Sequence record: NC_030884.1
Reading direction: 5' to 3' (one strand)
DNA: 32,995 bases
Shown one piece after another: positions 6,860 through 15,843 of the stretch (positions within the stretch are counted from its first letter, which is position 1; each line of letters begins with the position of its first letter). The translations under genes were made by a program, and so were the position numbers. The notes below the pieces were generated by a model. That model had not been told where the DNA came from and did no database searches. It saw nothing but the letters and a program-made list of their open reading frames with translations.

Positions 6860-6882
6860 TTATGACATTTTTATATCTTTTT
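6860..6882 (-). promoter_or_regulatory. GTC-type promoter of svtR, embedded in the rep 3' end
   Basis: AAAAAGATATAAAAATGTCATAA identical to 7665..7687 and 10093..10115. Confidence 0.75.
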
Positions 6883-7219
6883 TTGTCTTTATCATATATT
6901 TATATACATTTTTTATATCACTTATATTTTTTGGAATTAATTCGATTCTTATATCAGTATGAGGAGGCATATGTTTGTGAACTCTAGAATAATCCAGTTT
7001 TTTATTCGTGAAAACTAAAATATGATAATGAAGACCATTTGAATTTTTTGTGGTTTCCTTTATAGAAAATACATGTGAATTTTTGTCATGATTATAAATA
7101 TAACTACGAAATTTTTTAAAAATTTTTTCAGTATCTCCATATTTATAATTAGTTGCAATAGTAATGAAATAAGTATAAGTATAAGAAAAATGAAAATTTA
7201 AAACTTTTTTCAAATCCAC
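6860..7219 (-). CDS. rep: HUH-family Rep endonuclease (119 aa from GTG 7219)
   Basis: Motif 1 FITI, motif 2 LHYHIL, motif 3 YKYMIK; matches recalled SIRV ORF119; the 192-aa track call is an over-extension. Confidence 0.9.
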   Translation of the reverse strand: MDLKKVLNFHFSYTYTYFITIATNYKYGDTEKIFKKFRSYIYNHDKNSHVFSIKETTKNSNGLHYHILVFTNKKLDYSRVHKHMPPHTDIRIELIPKNISDIKNVYKYMIKTKKDIKMS

Positions 7220-7320
7220 AATATTACGTGCGGAAATGACGTTTAAAAACTTATGTCGACAGAAAGGCGAAAGGTTTAAAAATGTATAATCACAAATTTT
7301 TATAAGCGAGGTGGCTAGAG

Positions 7321-7587
7321 ATCCAGCGTAGAAAGTATATATGCCTAAGAGTTCCAAGTGAAGTAAAACAAATTTTTTACGAAAAAAGAGAAGAGATAAA
7401 AAAACAATTAGATGATATTTTAGAAGGAAAAAGAACACTAGAAATTAAAGAAACTGCAGATTTATATGATGAAAAAGTATTCTTTACAGTAGATATGTTA
7501 TATTATGCGAAATTGCAAGAATTATCAAAAAAATATAAAAAACCATTATCGAAAATAATCAGATCTGTATTCTTTAATCTAAGTTAA
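7321..7587 (+). CDS. Cryptic tandem RHH-like protein (~88 aa) lacking a canonical start codon
   Basis: Stop-free frame 7306..7587: IQRRKYICLRVPSEVKQIFYEKREEIKKQLDDILEG..EKVFFTVDMLYYAKLQELSKKYKKPLSKIIRSVFFNLS; SD-like GAGGTG 7308..7313; T-rich tract after stop. Confidence 0.6.
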   Translation: MQRRKYICLRVPSEVKQIFYEKREEIKKQLDDILEGKRTLEIKETADLYDEKVFFTVDMLYYAKLQELSKKYKKPLSKIIRSVFFNLS

Positions 7588-7612
7588 ATCTTTTTTTTCT
7601 TTTTCTTTTTTA
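7588..7612 (+). terminator. T-rich terminator after the cryptic RHH ORF
   Basis: ATCTTTTTTTTCTTTTTCTTTTTT immediately after TAA 7587. Confidence 0.6.
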
Positions 7613-7664
7613 TTTCTCATATTATATATTGGAAATTCTATATTTCTCTTCATATTATGAAATT

Positions 7665-7687
7665 AAAAAGATATAAAAATGTCATAA
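7665..7687 (+). promoter_or_regulatory. GTC-type promoter of the SSB-ATPase-nuclease operon
   Basis: TATA-like ATATAAAAAT followed by GTC, the rudiviral promoter trinucleotide as recalled from SIRV transcription work. Confidence 0.75.
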
Positions 7688-7714
7688 TTAAAAGATATTT
7701 TTAGAGGGAGAAAC

Positions 7715-8110
7715 ATGGCGTCCCTTAAACAAATACTGGATGAATTAGGAAAACAAGCTAAAGAACAAAACAAGATAGCTAGTAGAATTTTAAAGATAAA
7801 GGGAATAAAAAGAATTGTTGTACAATTAAATGCGGTTCCACAGAATGGTTCAATAAGATATTCAATGACAATCCATAGTCAAAACAATTTCAGGAAACAA
7901 ATTGGAATAACGCCACAAGACGCAGAAGATTTAAAATTGATTGCAGAGTTTCTAGAGAAATATGCAGACTTTCTTAATGAATATGTAAAGTTTACTCCAA
8001 GGAATAATAGCACAGTTCAAGAAGAAGAACTAGACATGGAGCAACAAGAAGAAAAAGAAGAAAAACCTAGTACGAAAAGCAGAAAGAAGAACGTAGAGGA
8101 GGAGTTTTAA
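7715..8110 (+). CDS. Single-stranded DNA-binding protein (SIRV ORF131 family)
   Basis: Matches recalled SIRV2 gp17 family; acidic low-complexity C-tail ending VEEEF typical of SSB partner-binding tails; first gene of the operon. Confidence 0.8.
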   Translation: MASLKQILDELGKQAKEQNKIASRILKIKGIKRIVVQLNAVPQNGSIRYSMTIHSQNNFRKQIGITPQDAEDLKLIAEFLEKYADFLNEYVKFTPRNNSTVQEEELDMEQQEEKEEKPSTKSRKKNVEEEF

Positions 8111-8135
8111 AACGTCATAAAGTCATTTTTTTTTC

Positions 8136-9458
8136 ATGAATGAAACTACACAACAGAATCTTCAATTATTTGAAAAGTTAAAAAGTCATTCTTTTTTTTA
8201 TAATCCAAGAGATAATGAAAGAATTTTAAGTCTAATTCTTGGCGAAAAACAAGTTGAAGAAAATAAGAAAATTGAGATTTTGAAAGCTTACAAGAGAGGA
8301 ATTGATTCTCAATATTTTAGTGCTAATTTGCCATATTATAACGAAATAAAATTTATAAGTAAAATTACTGGATTTAAAGTTAAAGATGATCTAGTAATTG
8401 CAAAATTTCAAAATGGTTTTACTGGAGATTTTGATCCACATGAAATTGCTGATAATCCAGATGATTTTTATAATCTTATTTCTTCATATATGTTTGTAAA
8501 GATCAAAAAAGGATCAGAAAACTGGTTTATTGATGAAATATTTTCTATAGAACCGCCTAATAATTTTGAAATTGCAAAAGAAATTCTAGAAGAAGCTGAT
8601 AAACAACATTTAACTTATGCTATTCTATTGCAAGCTTTTGGATATGATTCACAAAAGATGGATTCAGATGATATTTTCTTAACTTTACCACGATTATTCC
8701 CACTTTTCAAATCTCCAATTACTAAAAGACAGATAAACACAATAGAAATTTCAAATAGAGGTACTGGAAAAACTACAACATTTATGATTTTACAAGAAGT
8801 TTTCAATTTTCGTTATTATACAGAACCTCCAACTTATGCAAATTTGATCTATGATGCTAGAAATAATATGTACGGTTCAGTATTTTTATCAAACGGATTA
8901 ATTTTTGACGAAATACAAACTTGGAAAGATGGATATGCAGTTAAAGAATTAAATTCTATAAATTCTACATTATCTACTGGAATTGAAAATTGCATTTGGA
9001 CAAGAGGAGCAGGTACAGAAAGTAAATCTGCTACAATTCAAAAATGTATTCCAATTATTTATGCTGGAAATCCTTTCTCTTTAACTTTAGATAAATATCA
9101 AACTCCAGATATAGAATCATATTTACAACAATATGAAATTTTTACGCCGGCAATTTTAGATAGAATTCATATTATTCAATTAGCAATTAAGAAAACTTAT
9201 GATAAAATAATAAATGCTAGAGTTCTTTATCCTTCAATTCTAAGAGCATTAGTGGAATTAATTCAGGAAAAAATTAACAGAACTACAAATTATGCGGACT
9301 GTGGAAATCTAGAAAGTAGAAGAAAAGAACAATCTATAGATATTCAAATACTTTTACAAGCTTTAGATATAGATTTGCAAATTGGAAAAGTTTCAAATGA
9401 AGAAGTATGTAATAAAATTGTAAATCTAATGAGATTTAGCAATTTAGGAGGATGGTGA
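8136..9458 (+). CDS. AAA+/P-loop ATPase (SIRV ORF436/440; annealing/helicase-like)
   Basis: Walker A SNRGTGKT, Walker B LIFDE, sensor AGNP, arginine-finger-like ILDRI. Confidence 0.88.
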   Translation: MNETTQQNLQLFEKLKSHSFFYNPRDNERILSLILGEKQVEENKKIEILKAYKRGIDSQYFSANLPYYNEIKFISKITGFKVKDDLVIAKFQNGFTGDFDPHEIADNPDDFYNLISSYMFVKIKKGSENWFIDEIFSIEPPNNFEIAKEILEEADKQHLTYAILLQAFGYDSQKMDSDDIFLTLPRLFPLFKSPITKRQINTIEISNRGTGKTTTFMILQEVFNFRYYTEPPTYANLIYDARNNMYGSVFLSNGLIFDEIQTWKDGYAVKELNSINSTLSTGIENCIWTRGAGTESKSATIQKCIPIIYAGNPFSLTLDKYQTPDIESYLQQYEIFTPAILDRIHIIQLAIKKTYDKIINARVLYPSILRALVELIQEKINRTTNYADCGNLESRRKEQSIDIQILLQALDIDLQIGKVSNEEVCNKIVNLMRFSNLGGW

Positions 9459-10075
9459 AAATGAATTATGAAGATCATATAAAAGAAAGTTTTAAAGTTA
9501 AATATCCTAGTGATACAATTTTTCCAAGTGAAGTTGGTATTTGTTATAGAAAAAGCTATCTTGCTAGAAATATTGAATTTGAGAGAGGAATAAATGAAAT
9601 TTATCTTGATCTAGGAGAACAATATCATGAGAGAATTGAACAATATTTTAAAGAAAAATTGAATTGTCAAACTGAAGTTGAAATTAAAGATGAAGTTGAG
9701 GGAATGAAAATTAGCGGTAGAATTGATATAATTTGTAATAATGACTTATTGGAAATTAAAACAATTAGTTATAATTATTTCCAAGTAAAAGAATATCATT
9801 TATACCAAGTCGCATTATATTATCATATTTTGAAAAAGCAAAATTATCAAATCAATAATGTATATATTATATATTTAAATAGAAACACTAGAGAAGTTAA
9901 GCAATTTAAAATTGATGAAAAAGTTTTAGAAAATTATTATCAAAAAGTTATTGAATGGATAAAGAAATTTAAAGAATATCTAAAAGAAACAGATTATAAA
10001 AAAGTTCCAGGAGTTAATAATTATATCTGTAAATCTTGTGAGTTTAAGCAAAAATGCATTATATCACTTTTTTAA
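9452..10075 (+). CDS. Cas4-like RecB-family nuclease
   Basis: [31 protein letters not shown] and C-terminal [10 protein letters not shown] Fe-S cysteines. Confidence 0.92.
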   Translation: MVKMNYEDHIKESFKVKYPSDTIFPSEVGICYRKSYLARNIEFERGINEIYLDLGEQYHERIEQYFKEKLNCQTEVEIKDEVEGMKISGRIDIICNNDLLEIKTISYNYFQVKEYHLYQVALYYHILKKQNYQINNVYIIYLNRNTREVKQFKIDEKVLENYYQKVIEWIKKFKEYLKETDYKKVPGVNNYICKSCEFKQKCIISLF

Positions 10076-10092
10076 TGAAAAAATAGAAGAGT

Positions 10093-10115
10093 AAAAAGAT
10101 ATAAAAATGTCATAA
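10093..10115 (+). promoter_or_regulatory. GTC-type promoter of the ORF81-RHH operon
   Basis: Identical 23-mer AAAAAGATATAAAAATGTCATAA. Confidence 0.75.
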
Positions 10116-10138
10116 TATAAAATGTAAAAATAGAGAAC

Positions 10139-10384
10139 ATGAGTCAAGTAGAAGAAGTCATAAAAAGTTTAAATAAAAAAGATATAAAAGATATAATAAC
10201 TAAAAATATTAATTTTTTAGTAGAACCACAAATTCTATTTTATGCAAAAAAGAGAAATAGGATAGTAGGATATCTAGAAATCAATAATAAACATTATCGT
10301 TTTGAATTGATATTTAGCAAAGATAATAGCGTAAGTATAACAGTTGGAGAAATAATAGTTTTCGGGAGCAGTGATTTGAAATGA
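10139..10384 (+). CDS. Conserved rudiviral hypothetical protein (81 aa)
   Basis: Own promoter; stop overlaps the next start (ATGA). Confidence 0.75.
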   Translation: MSQVEEVIKSLNKKDIKDIITKNINFLVEPQILFYAKKRNRIVGYLEINNKHYRFELIFSKDNSVSITVGEIIVFGSSDLK

Positions 10385-10560
10385 TGAAGATTGTCACATT
10401 TAAAATTCCAGATGAAATGTTACTATTACTAGAGGCTTATGCTATGAAACATAAGATGAACAGGTCAGAAGTAATAAGGTTAGCAATAGAGAAATTAGTA
10501 GTAGACGAAATGAAAAATGAACCAGTTCCAAAAGCTAAAGTTGAAAAAATAAAGTTATGA
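10381..10560 (+). CDS. 59-aa ribbon-helix-helix (CopG-like) regulator
   Basis: Not in ORF track; MMKIVTFKIPDEMLLLLEAYAMKHKMNRSEVIRLAIEKLV is a classic RHH; ATGA coupling with upstream ORF. Confidence 0.88.
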   Translation: MMKIVTFKIPDEMLLLLEAYAMKHKMNRSEVIRLAIEKLVVDEMKNEPVPKAKVEKIKL

Positions 10561-10609
10561 AAAGTGCATAAAATATCCATAAAAAATAAGATATTATTTT
10601 TTTGATTTT

Positions 10610-11086
10610 TTAATCATTTTTTGCTAAAGTTACTCCTTTTTGACCTTGATATTTTCCGTTATATGGCTTTTCGACTGGCGTTATAGTTCTTGCAAAAATT
10701 AAGTGTAAAAATCTTTCTCCTGTTTTTAGTTTTACTGGAATTGAAGAACCAACAAGTTCTATAGTTAATTGTCCTTCAAATCCCGCATCTACTATAGTCG
10801 GCGGAATTAATAATCCTTTTCTTGCAAATGTAGATCTTAAATTGCAAAATGCTATAATATCATTTGGTAATTTTATATATTCTTTAGTTGTTAAGAGAAC
10901 ATGTTCATATGGATAAATTATAAATTCATCTCTTATTTCTTTCGTCATATTTTCTTTTATTCTAACTATTTCATTTCCAATTTTTAAGTCTACTCCATTT
11001 TCTCTAATTGTATCCTCACTTAAAGGTTCAATTACAAGTCTATTTAAATTTATATATCTTTTTATATCTCTATCTGATAAAATCAT
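10610..11086 (-). CDS. dut: dUTPase (trimeric dUTPase/dCTP deaminase fold)
   Basis: [49 protein letters not shown] motifs. Confidence 0.93.
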   Translation of the reverse strand: MILSDRDIKRYINLNRLVIEPLSEDTIRENGVDLKIGNEIVRIKENMTKEIRDEFIIYPYEHVLLTTKEYIKLPNDIIAFCNLRSTFARKGLLIPPTIVDAGFEGQLTIELVGSSIPVKLKTGERFLHLIFARTITPVEKPYNGKYQGQKGVTLAKND

Positions 11087-11092
11087 CTTTTC

Positions 11093-11404
11093 TCAGTTCT
11101 TATTTTCAGTTTCTGACATATTTATTTCTCCACAAATTACTGAGATTTTAAACATATTTCTATCATATCTCCAATTTACTTTTATATAATTTGGATATTT
11201 GAAAGTATGAACTAAATATTTTAAGATAGACATTCCAATTTTTTCGTATTCTTTCTTCTTCATATTTATTTTTATTTGTATTAATATTATTTCTTCATCT
11301 TCAAAAACATTAAAGAAATAAATATTGTCAGAGTATCTACTTTCTAACCAATTTCGAAATTGAATTATATATTTTCTACACTCATTCTTTATATCAATTT
11401 CCAT
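11093..11404 (-). CDS. Conserved hypothetical protein (103 aa), co-transcribed with dut
   Basis: 6-nt gap to dut; GTC-type promoter at ~11421..11433(-). Confidence 0.75.
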   Translation of the reverse strand: MEIDIKNECRKYIIQFRNWLESRYSDNIYFFNVFEDEEIILIQIKINMKKKEYEKIGMSILKYLVHTFKYPNYIKVNWRYDRNMFKISVICGEINMSETENKN

Positions 11405-11523
11405 ATTTTAGTTAGAACAATATGACAATTTAATAGTTTTTCGTATTCTATGATATAGTCTATGATATAATATATAATCTCCGAAATTATTTTCATATTA
11501 TTTTTTGCAAATGTTAAACGTGA

Positions 11524-11543
11524 TATACATAATATTATGTATA
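11524..11543. promoter_or_regulatory. Perfect 20-bp palindrome upstream of the capsid gene
   Basis: TATACATAATATTATGTATA, flanked by ACGTGA direct repeats. Confidence 0.7.
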
Positions 11544-11592
11544 AGACGTGAAAATTTATTAATTTCAAATCATTAATTGTAATTGACCAAAT

Positions 11593-11997
11593 ATGGCAAA
11601 AGGCAGAACGCCAAGAAGTTATTCACAAAGGTACGCGAAATGGCAAGCTAAATTTAACGCATTTTCTAATCCAACAGTCGCTAGTACTATATTGTCAAAT
11701 GTAGCTCCAGTTGCCCAACAAAATTTCCAGACTAATGTACCTAAGTTTACCGCGATAAATGAAAATGTTAGTGCAGTATTATCACAATATGGAATAACTG
11801 GTCCTAACAGGGCAGTTTATCAAGGTTTTGCATTAAAGATAGCTAGAGCACTTAATAGGATTGGTGGTGGCCCGGCATTAGTAAATATGATTAGCGGTTT
11901 GAAAGCATATTATATTTCAGCCTTTAACGCAAATCCACAAGTTCTTGACGCTGTAGTTAATATTATAACTGGAAGCCCAACTGGATATGTAAGTTAA
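11593..11997 (+). CDS. Major capsid (DNA-wrapping) protein, 134 aa
   Basis: MAKGRTPRSYSQRYAKWQAKFNAFSNPTVASTILSNV..SPTGYVS matches the recalled rudiviral MCP. Confidence 0.97.
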   Translation: MAKGRTPRSYSQRYAKWQAKFNAFSNPTVASTILSNVAPVAQQNFQTNVPKFTAINENVSAVLSQYGITGPNRAVYQGFALKIARALNRIGGGPALVNMISGLKAYYISAFNANPQVLDAVVNIITGSPTGYVS

Positions 11998-12027
11998 AAT
12001 ATTTAAGCTATTTTTTTCTTTTTTTCT

Positions 12028-12195
12028 TTATTCTTCTTCAGCCTTTATTTCTATATATTCTCCAGTTCTTAAACTTATCCTTCTACAATTAGATAATTTT
12101 AAATTTTTATTATGCTTTCTTAAATGAGTAACCATACTTTTTCTTTTTATATAAATTTTTCCACAAATTGGGCATTCATATCCTAAAAGTGCCAT
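12028..12195 (-). CDS. 55-aa C2H2 zinc-finger protein (from ATG 12195)
   Basis: YECPICGKIYIKRKSMVTHLRKH = C-x2-C-x12-H-x3-H. Confidence 0.85.
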   Translation of the reverse strand: MALLGYECPICGKIYIKRKSMVTHLRKHNKNLKLSNCRRISLRTGEYIEIKAEEE

Positions 12196-12327
12196 AGCGA
12201 TAAATTTGGATTTGACATTTTTAAATGCTATTAAATCCAATCAACCATATACATTATATTTATTATATGAATTATAGGTTAAGTTATCAGTCAGCTTTAT
12301 TTTTGTCATAATTTTTAGATTTCAATT

Positions 12328-13335
12328 ATGAAAACTGCAATTTTAACTATGAATTATTCTTCTATATCAAATGTTTCAGAAGATATAGCTGAAGTATTAA
12401 GAGAAAATGGAGAAATTGCGACAATAACAAAAAATCCATATTATATTCCAAAAGCTGAAAAATTGATCATTTTTATACCATTCCATCCGCCATCTCTAAA
12501 TCCATATCTTTATGCTTTTTATCAATTTCAAGGAAAGAAATTATTTTATACAACTTGTGATGGAATTCCAAATATTGAAATTGTTAACAAGTATTTATTA
12601 CAAGATGTTAAATTTATACCAAATTCAAAATTTTCCGCCATAAATCTTCAGGAAGTAGGATTACAGGTCGATTTGCCAGTTTTTCATGGAATTAATTTTA
12701 AAATTGTAGAAAATGCCGAAAAATTAGTTTCACAAATGAGACAAAAATTAGATAAAGATTTTCCAAATAGTATAAAATTTGGAATTGTTAGTGGATTGAC
12801 AAAAAGGAAAAATATGGATTTAATGTTACAAGTTTTTAATGAACTAAATACTAAATATCCAGATATAGCTAAGAAAATCCACTTTTTCGTAATTTCTCAT
12901 AAACAGTTTACTCAATATGAAGTTCCACAAAATGTTCATTTTGTTGCGGAATTTGGATATAATTCCAGGGAATATATATTTGCATTCTATGGAGCTATGG
13001 ATTATGTTATTGTTCCTAGTGGGACTGAAGGATTTGGAATGCCAGTTCTAGAAAGTATGAGTATGGGAACTCCAGTTATCCATCAATTAATGCCTCCTTT
13101 TGATGAATTTACAAGTTGGCAATGGAATTTACTAATTAAATCTTCTAGAGTTGAGGAATATTATGATAAGGAACATGGACAAAAATGGAAAATTCATAAA
13201 TTTGAAATTGAAGATATGACAAATGCAATTATATTAGCTACAGAATTACAAGATAGAGAAGAAAGAAGTGTTAAATTAAAAGAATTAGCAAAAAGATATG
13301 ATATTAGAAATTTATATACTAGATTCTTAGAATAG
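12328..13335 (+). CDS. Glycosyltransferase, GT-B/GT4-like (335 aa)
   Basis: KRKN, VPSGTEGFGMPVLESMSMGTPVI (EX7E motif). Confidence 0.93.
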   Translation: MKTAILTMNYSSISNVSEDIAEVLRENGEIATITKNPYYIPKAEKLIIFIPFHPPSLNPYLYAFYQFQGKKLFYTTCDGIPNIEIVNKYLLQDVKFIPNSKFSAINLQEVGLQVDLPVFHGINFKIVENAEKLVSQMRQKLDKDFPNSIKFGIVSGLTKRKNMDLMLQVFNELNTKYPDIAKKIHFFVISHKQFTQYEVPQNVHFVAEFGYNSREYIFAFYGAMDYVIVPSGTEGFGMPVLESMSMGTPVIHQLMPPFDEFTSWQWNLLIKSSRVEEYYDKEHGQKWKIHKFEIEDMTNAIILATELQDREERSVKLKELAKRYDIRNLYTRFLE

Positions 13336-13377
13336 TATAAATTTGTCATAATACATAATATATAATAGTGATAGGAC

Positions 13378-13518
13378 GTGAAGCTAAAAATAATATGCGA
13401 AAAACTAACGACATTTCATGTAAATTCTGAAGATCAAGAATTAATAGATAGAATAATAAAAATGTGTAATGATTATAATTTAAATTATAAAATTGAATTT
13501 GAATATAATAAGAAGTGA
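13378..13518 (+). CDS. 46-aa hypothetical protein
   Basis: Not in track; GTG start, MKLKIICEKLTTFHVNSEDQELIDRIIKMCNDYNLNYKIEFEYNKK; GTC-type promoter at ~13336..13349; stop abuts the next gene's SD. Confidence 0.6.
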   Translation: MKLKIICEKLTTFHVNSEDQELIDRIIKMCNDYNLNYKIEFEYNKK

Positions 13519-13523
13519 TAAAA

Positions 13524-13718
13524 ATGATATTTTATCAATATGATGAAAAAGATAAAACATTACATGTTAAGATTTATCTGCTTATAGAACAAGTTCCAAA
13601 TAAACCAACAGAAGAACAATTAAGAAAAGTATTGCCAAAAATTCTAAGAGATTATGCAAATATGATAGAAAATGGAAAAATAAAAATTATAGATAGTAAT
13701 GAATGGGGCACTTGGTAA
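13524..13718 (+). CDS. Conserved rudiviral 64-aa protein (from ATG 13524)
   Basis: GTG 13515 looks like SD sequence; convergent with the TM/coiled-coil gene. Confidence 0.7.
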   Translation: MIFYQYDEKDKTLHVKIYLLIEQVPNKPTEEQLRKVLPKILRDYANMIENGKIKIIDSNEWGTW

Positions 13719-13726
13719 AAAAAATT

Positions 13727-13954
13727 TTATTTTTCATCTAACTTTCTTTTTATTTCTTCAACTTGTCTTGATAATTCATCTTGTTTTATTTTTAATTCTT
13801 CAATTTCTGTCTTTAGATTTGATAATTCTGAATTTACTATCTCTTTTACTGCATCTTTTAATGCTTGTTTAATTTTTAAATATAGTTGAACAATTGCAAA
13901 TAATGTAGTTACAGTTGTAGAAAATAATGCAAATGTTAGAGTAAGATCACTCAT
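13727..13954 (-). CDS. 75-aa N-terminal transmembrane + coiled-coil protein
   Basis: ATG 13954 after purine-rich GAGGAAAGTGAAG; hydrophobic LTLTFALFSTTVTTLFAIVQLYL followed by heptads. Confidence 0.8.
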   Translation of the reverse strand: MSDLTLTFALFSTTVTTLFAIVQLYLKIKQALKDAVKEIVNSELSNLKTEIEELKIKQDELSRQVEEIKRKLDEK

Positions 13955-14279
13955 CTTCACTTTCCTCCTCAGATAATTCAAAATTTGCAGTACTATTAAT
14001 TTGTTTCGCGTAAGGTTGAGGATAAACCACGCGAAAATCATCTATAAAAATTTGCTTAGTTTGTTGATCTTGAATTATAGAAAATTGAAAATAAAAAGTA
14101 AATCCAGGAATATATAAATCTACAATAAGCGGATAATCAATAGTTTTCATTACAATTATTGAATTTGGTAAAAAACGCGATAAACCATAAATTTGACCTC
14201 TCTGTTCAAGTTCACGAATTTTATCTATCGCAATTCTAACAACTCCAAAAATATTTTGAAAAGGATCTTCAATTTTCAT
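13947..14279 (-). CDS. Conserved hypothetical protein (110 aa)
   Basis: 8-nt overlap with the downstream gene; palindrome-family element upstream at 14326..14351. Confidence 0.78.
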   Translation of the reverse strand: MKIEDPFQNIFGVVRIAIDKIRELEQRGQIYGLSRFLPNSIIVMKTIDYPLIVDLYIPGFTFYFQFSIIQDQQTKQIFIDDFRVVYPQPYAKQINSTANFELSEEESEDE

Positions 14280-14368
14280 ATGATATCTTTTATCTCAAGC
14301 CGTTAAAAAATATACAAGTAGCATAATACATATATATTATATAATGTATATAGTGTTTAGATTTTGTG

Positions 14369-15757
14369 TTATCTGACTGCAATATTTTGAAAGTTTTTAT
14401 AATGGAAAATTGGCTTATATTGTTTCGTTTTTGCAGATTTTTGAGCTAATTTTATCTGATTCTCAATTTTTGCCTGTCCTTGTAATTGTTCTCCTAATTG
14501 TTGTGCAAATTGCAAATCTTGATCTGAAATGCCATAAAATTTCCACTTAGTTTTCCAATAATTCAAAAATTCTTGATATGATAATGTTCTTTTTCCAGAT
14601 GTATAACTGTAATTTTGTTGGTAAGGATATCTTGCAATTTCTATAGTAGCACTTGCTACCATTTTCGCGTACCAAATATTTGCATATTTCTTATTGACAA
14701 TTTTTTGAACTTGTAAAAATTGCTCATATGTAACTGCATAGTTTTCAATTTCTGAACTATAAGCTATATTTGTACCGCCTGGAGAAGGATCATATAAATG
14801 CATTTTGAATAGATTTCCAAATATCGAAATTACAGTTTTATCTGCGGATAGAATTGCTATTAGGTCATCTTGAGTTACATTTTCTGGATTAAAATCAGGC
14901 ATTAATACGGCAAAATCAAGAGGAGTATAATCTAAAATCATTCCAAAAACATCTGCAAAATATTGTAAAATCATACCATTTTGTAATTGAATTCCATCTT
15001 GAGTTTCTGGAGCTAAAACACATCTATCTAACCAACCGACATCTAAAGCAAAACCACTATTAATTATACTATTTAAGTCTGGAATAAATGCAATTATGAA
15101 TTTGGCAAAATCTGGAAGTTGATTAAAATTGATATTTAAAGCATTTAACAAATCTGAAATACCAGTATCTGCAATATTATTATATATATAGTTATCTACA
15201 TTTGGAATATTTGTACTACCAATTCCTAAAGTTGTAACATCAACACTGACATTTGCAGTAGTTAAACTAGAAAAAGATTGTTCAATTTTCTGACAAGATT
15301 GATTTTGATATTCTGTAGCTAATGCCGGCTGATATACAGATAAATCAAAATAAGTTTCATCAAAAACTGCCGGTTGATACAAAACTGAACATAATTGTAC
15401 ATAATTATCATATAAACTAGTATAATTATTTAATAAACTTATTCCATTTGAAGTACCAAAATTTGCAGATTGACCTAAATTAAGAAATGTTTGAGAATTA
15501 AAATTAGGATTAAAAGTTGAACTTGCTAGATTATTTAATGCAGAAAGTAAAGAAGAAACAATTGAAGCATATGCAATTCCATAATTTGTATTTATTCCTG
15601 GAGGAATTTGAATATTCTCTAATGGAGTCGGCAAAACTGAAGAAACTCCAGCGTCAAACATTACAGAAAATGCGGGAAAAGATTTTCTATTCAATATTTT
15701 ATTATACAAGTGATATTTCATAGCTGAAATATTTCTTTGACCTTTCCTTTTTCCCAT
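14369..15757 (-). CDS. Minor virion structural protein (SIRV ORF486/488 family); start probably MGKRK at 15757
   Basis: Long ORF in the recalled syntenic position; the upstream extension to 15853 overlaps the divergent promoter, so start is uncertain. Confidence 0.75.
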   Translation of the reverse strand: MGKRKGQRNISAMKYHLYNKILNRKSFPAFSVMFDAGVSSVLPTPLENIQIPPGINTNYGIAYASIVSSLLSALNNLASSTFNPNFNSQTFLNLGQSANFGTSNGISLLNNYTSLYDNYVQLCSVLYQPAVFDETYFDLSVYQPALATEYQNQSCQKIEQSFSSLTTANVSVDVTTLGIGSTNIPNVDNYIYNNIADTGISDLLNALNINFNQLPDFAKFIIAFIPDLNSIINSGFALDVGWLDRCVLAPETQDGIQLQNGMILQYFADVFGMILDYTPLDFAVLMPDFNPENVTQDDLIAILSADKTVISIFGNLFKMHLYDPSPGGTNIAYSSEIENYAVTYEQFLQVQKIVNKKYANIWYAKMVASATIEIARYPYQQNYSYTSGKRTLSYQEFLNYWKTKWKFYGISDQDLQFAQQLGEQLQGQAKIENQIKLAQKSAKTKQYKPIFHYKNFQNIAVR

Positions 15758-15843
15758 AACTATCAATTTATATACCTCAACTAGAAAAATAAACTTACAA
15801 ATTGCATAATGTATATAAATGTCATACATTATTGAGTTAATAA

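Noticed and set aside
7220-7438. N-terminal 73-aa extension of Rep in the 192-aa call
   Set aside because: Low-complexity F/L translation overlapping the divergent promoter and the cryptic RHH ORF; the recalled Rep starts at (M)DLKKVLNF
8615-8806. 63-aa minus-strand ORF
   Set aside because: Shadow of the ATPase gene
12196-12240. Upstream extension of the C2H2 gene (70-aa call)
   Set aside because: TTG start in promoter region; the ATG at 12195 gives the recalled 55-aa protein
13955-14041. Extension of the TM/coiled-coil ORF (104-aa call)
   Set aside because: Lies within ORF110 in another frame; purine-rich SD precedes ATG 13954
15517-15723. 68-aa plus-strand ORF
   Set aside because: Shadow of the minor structural gene
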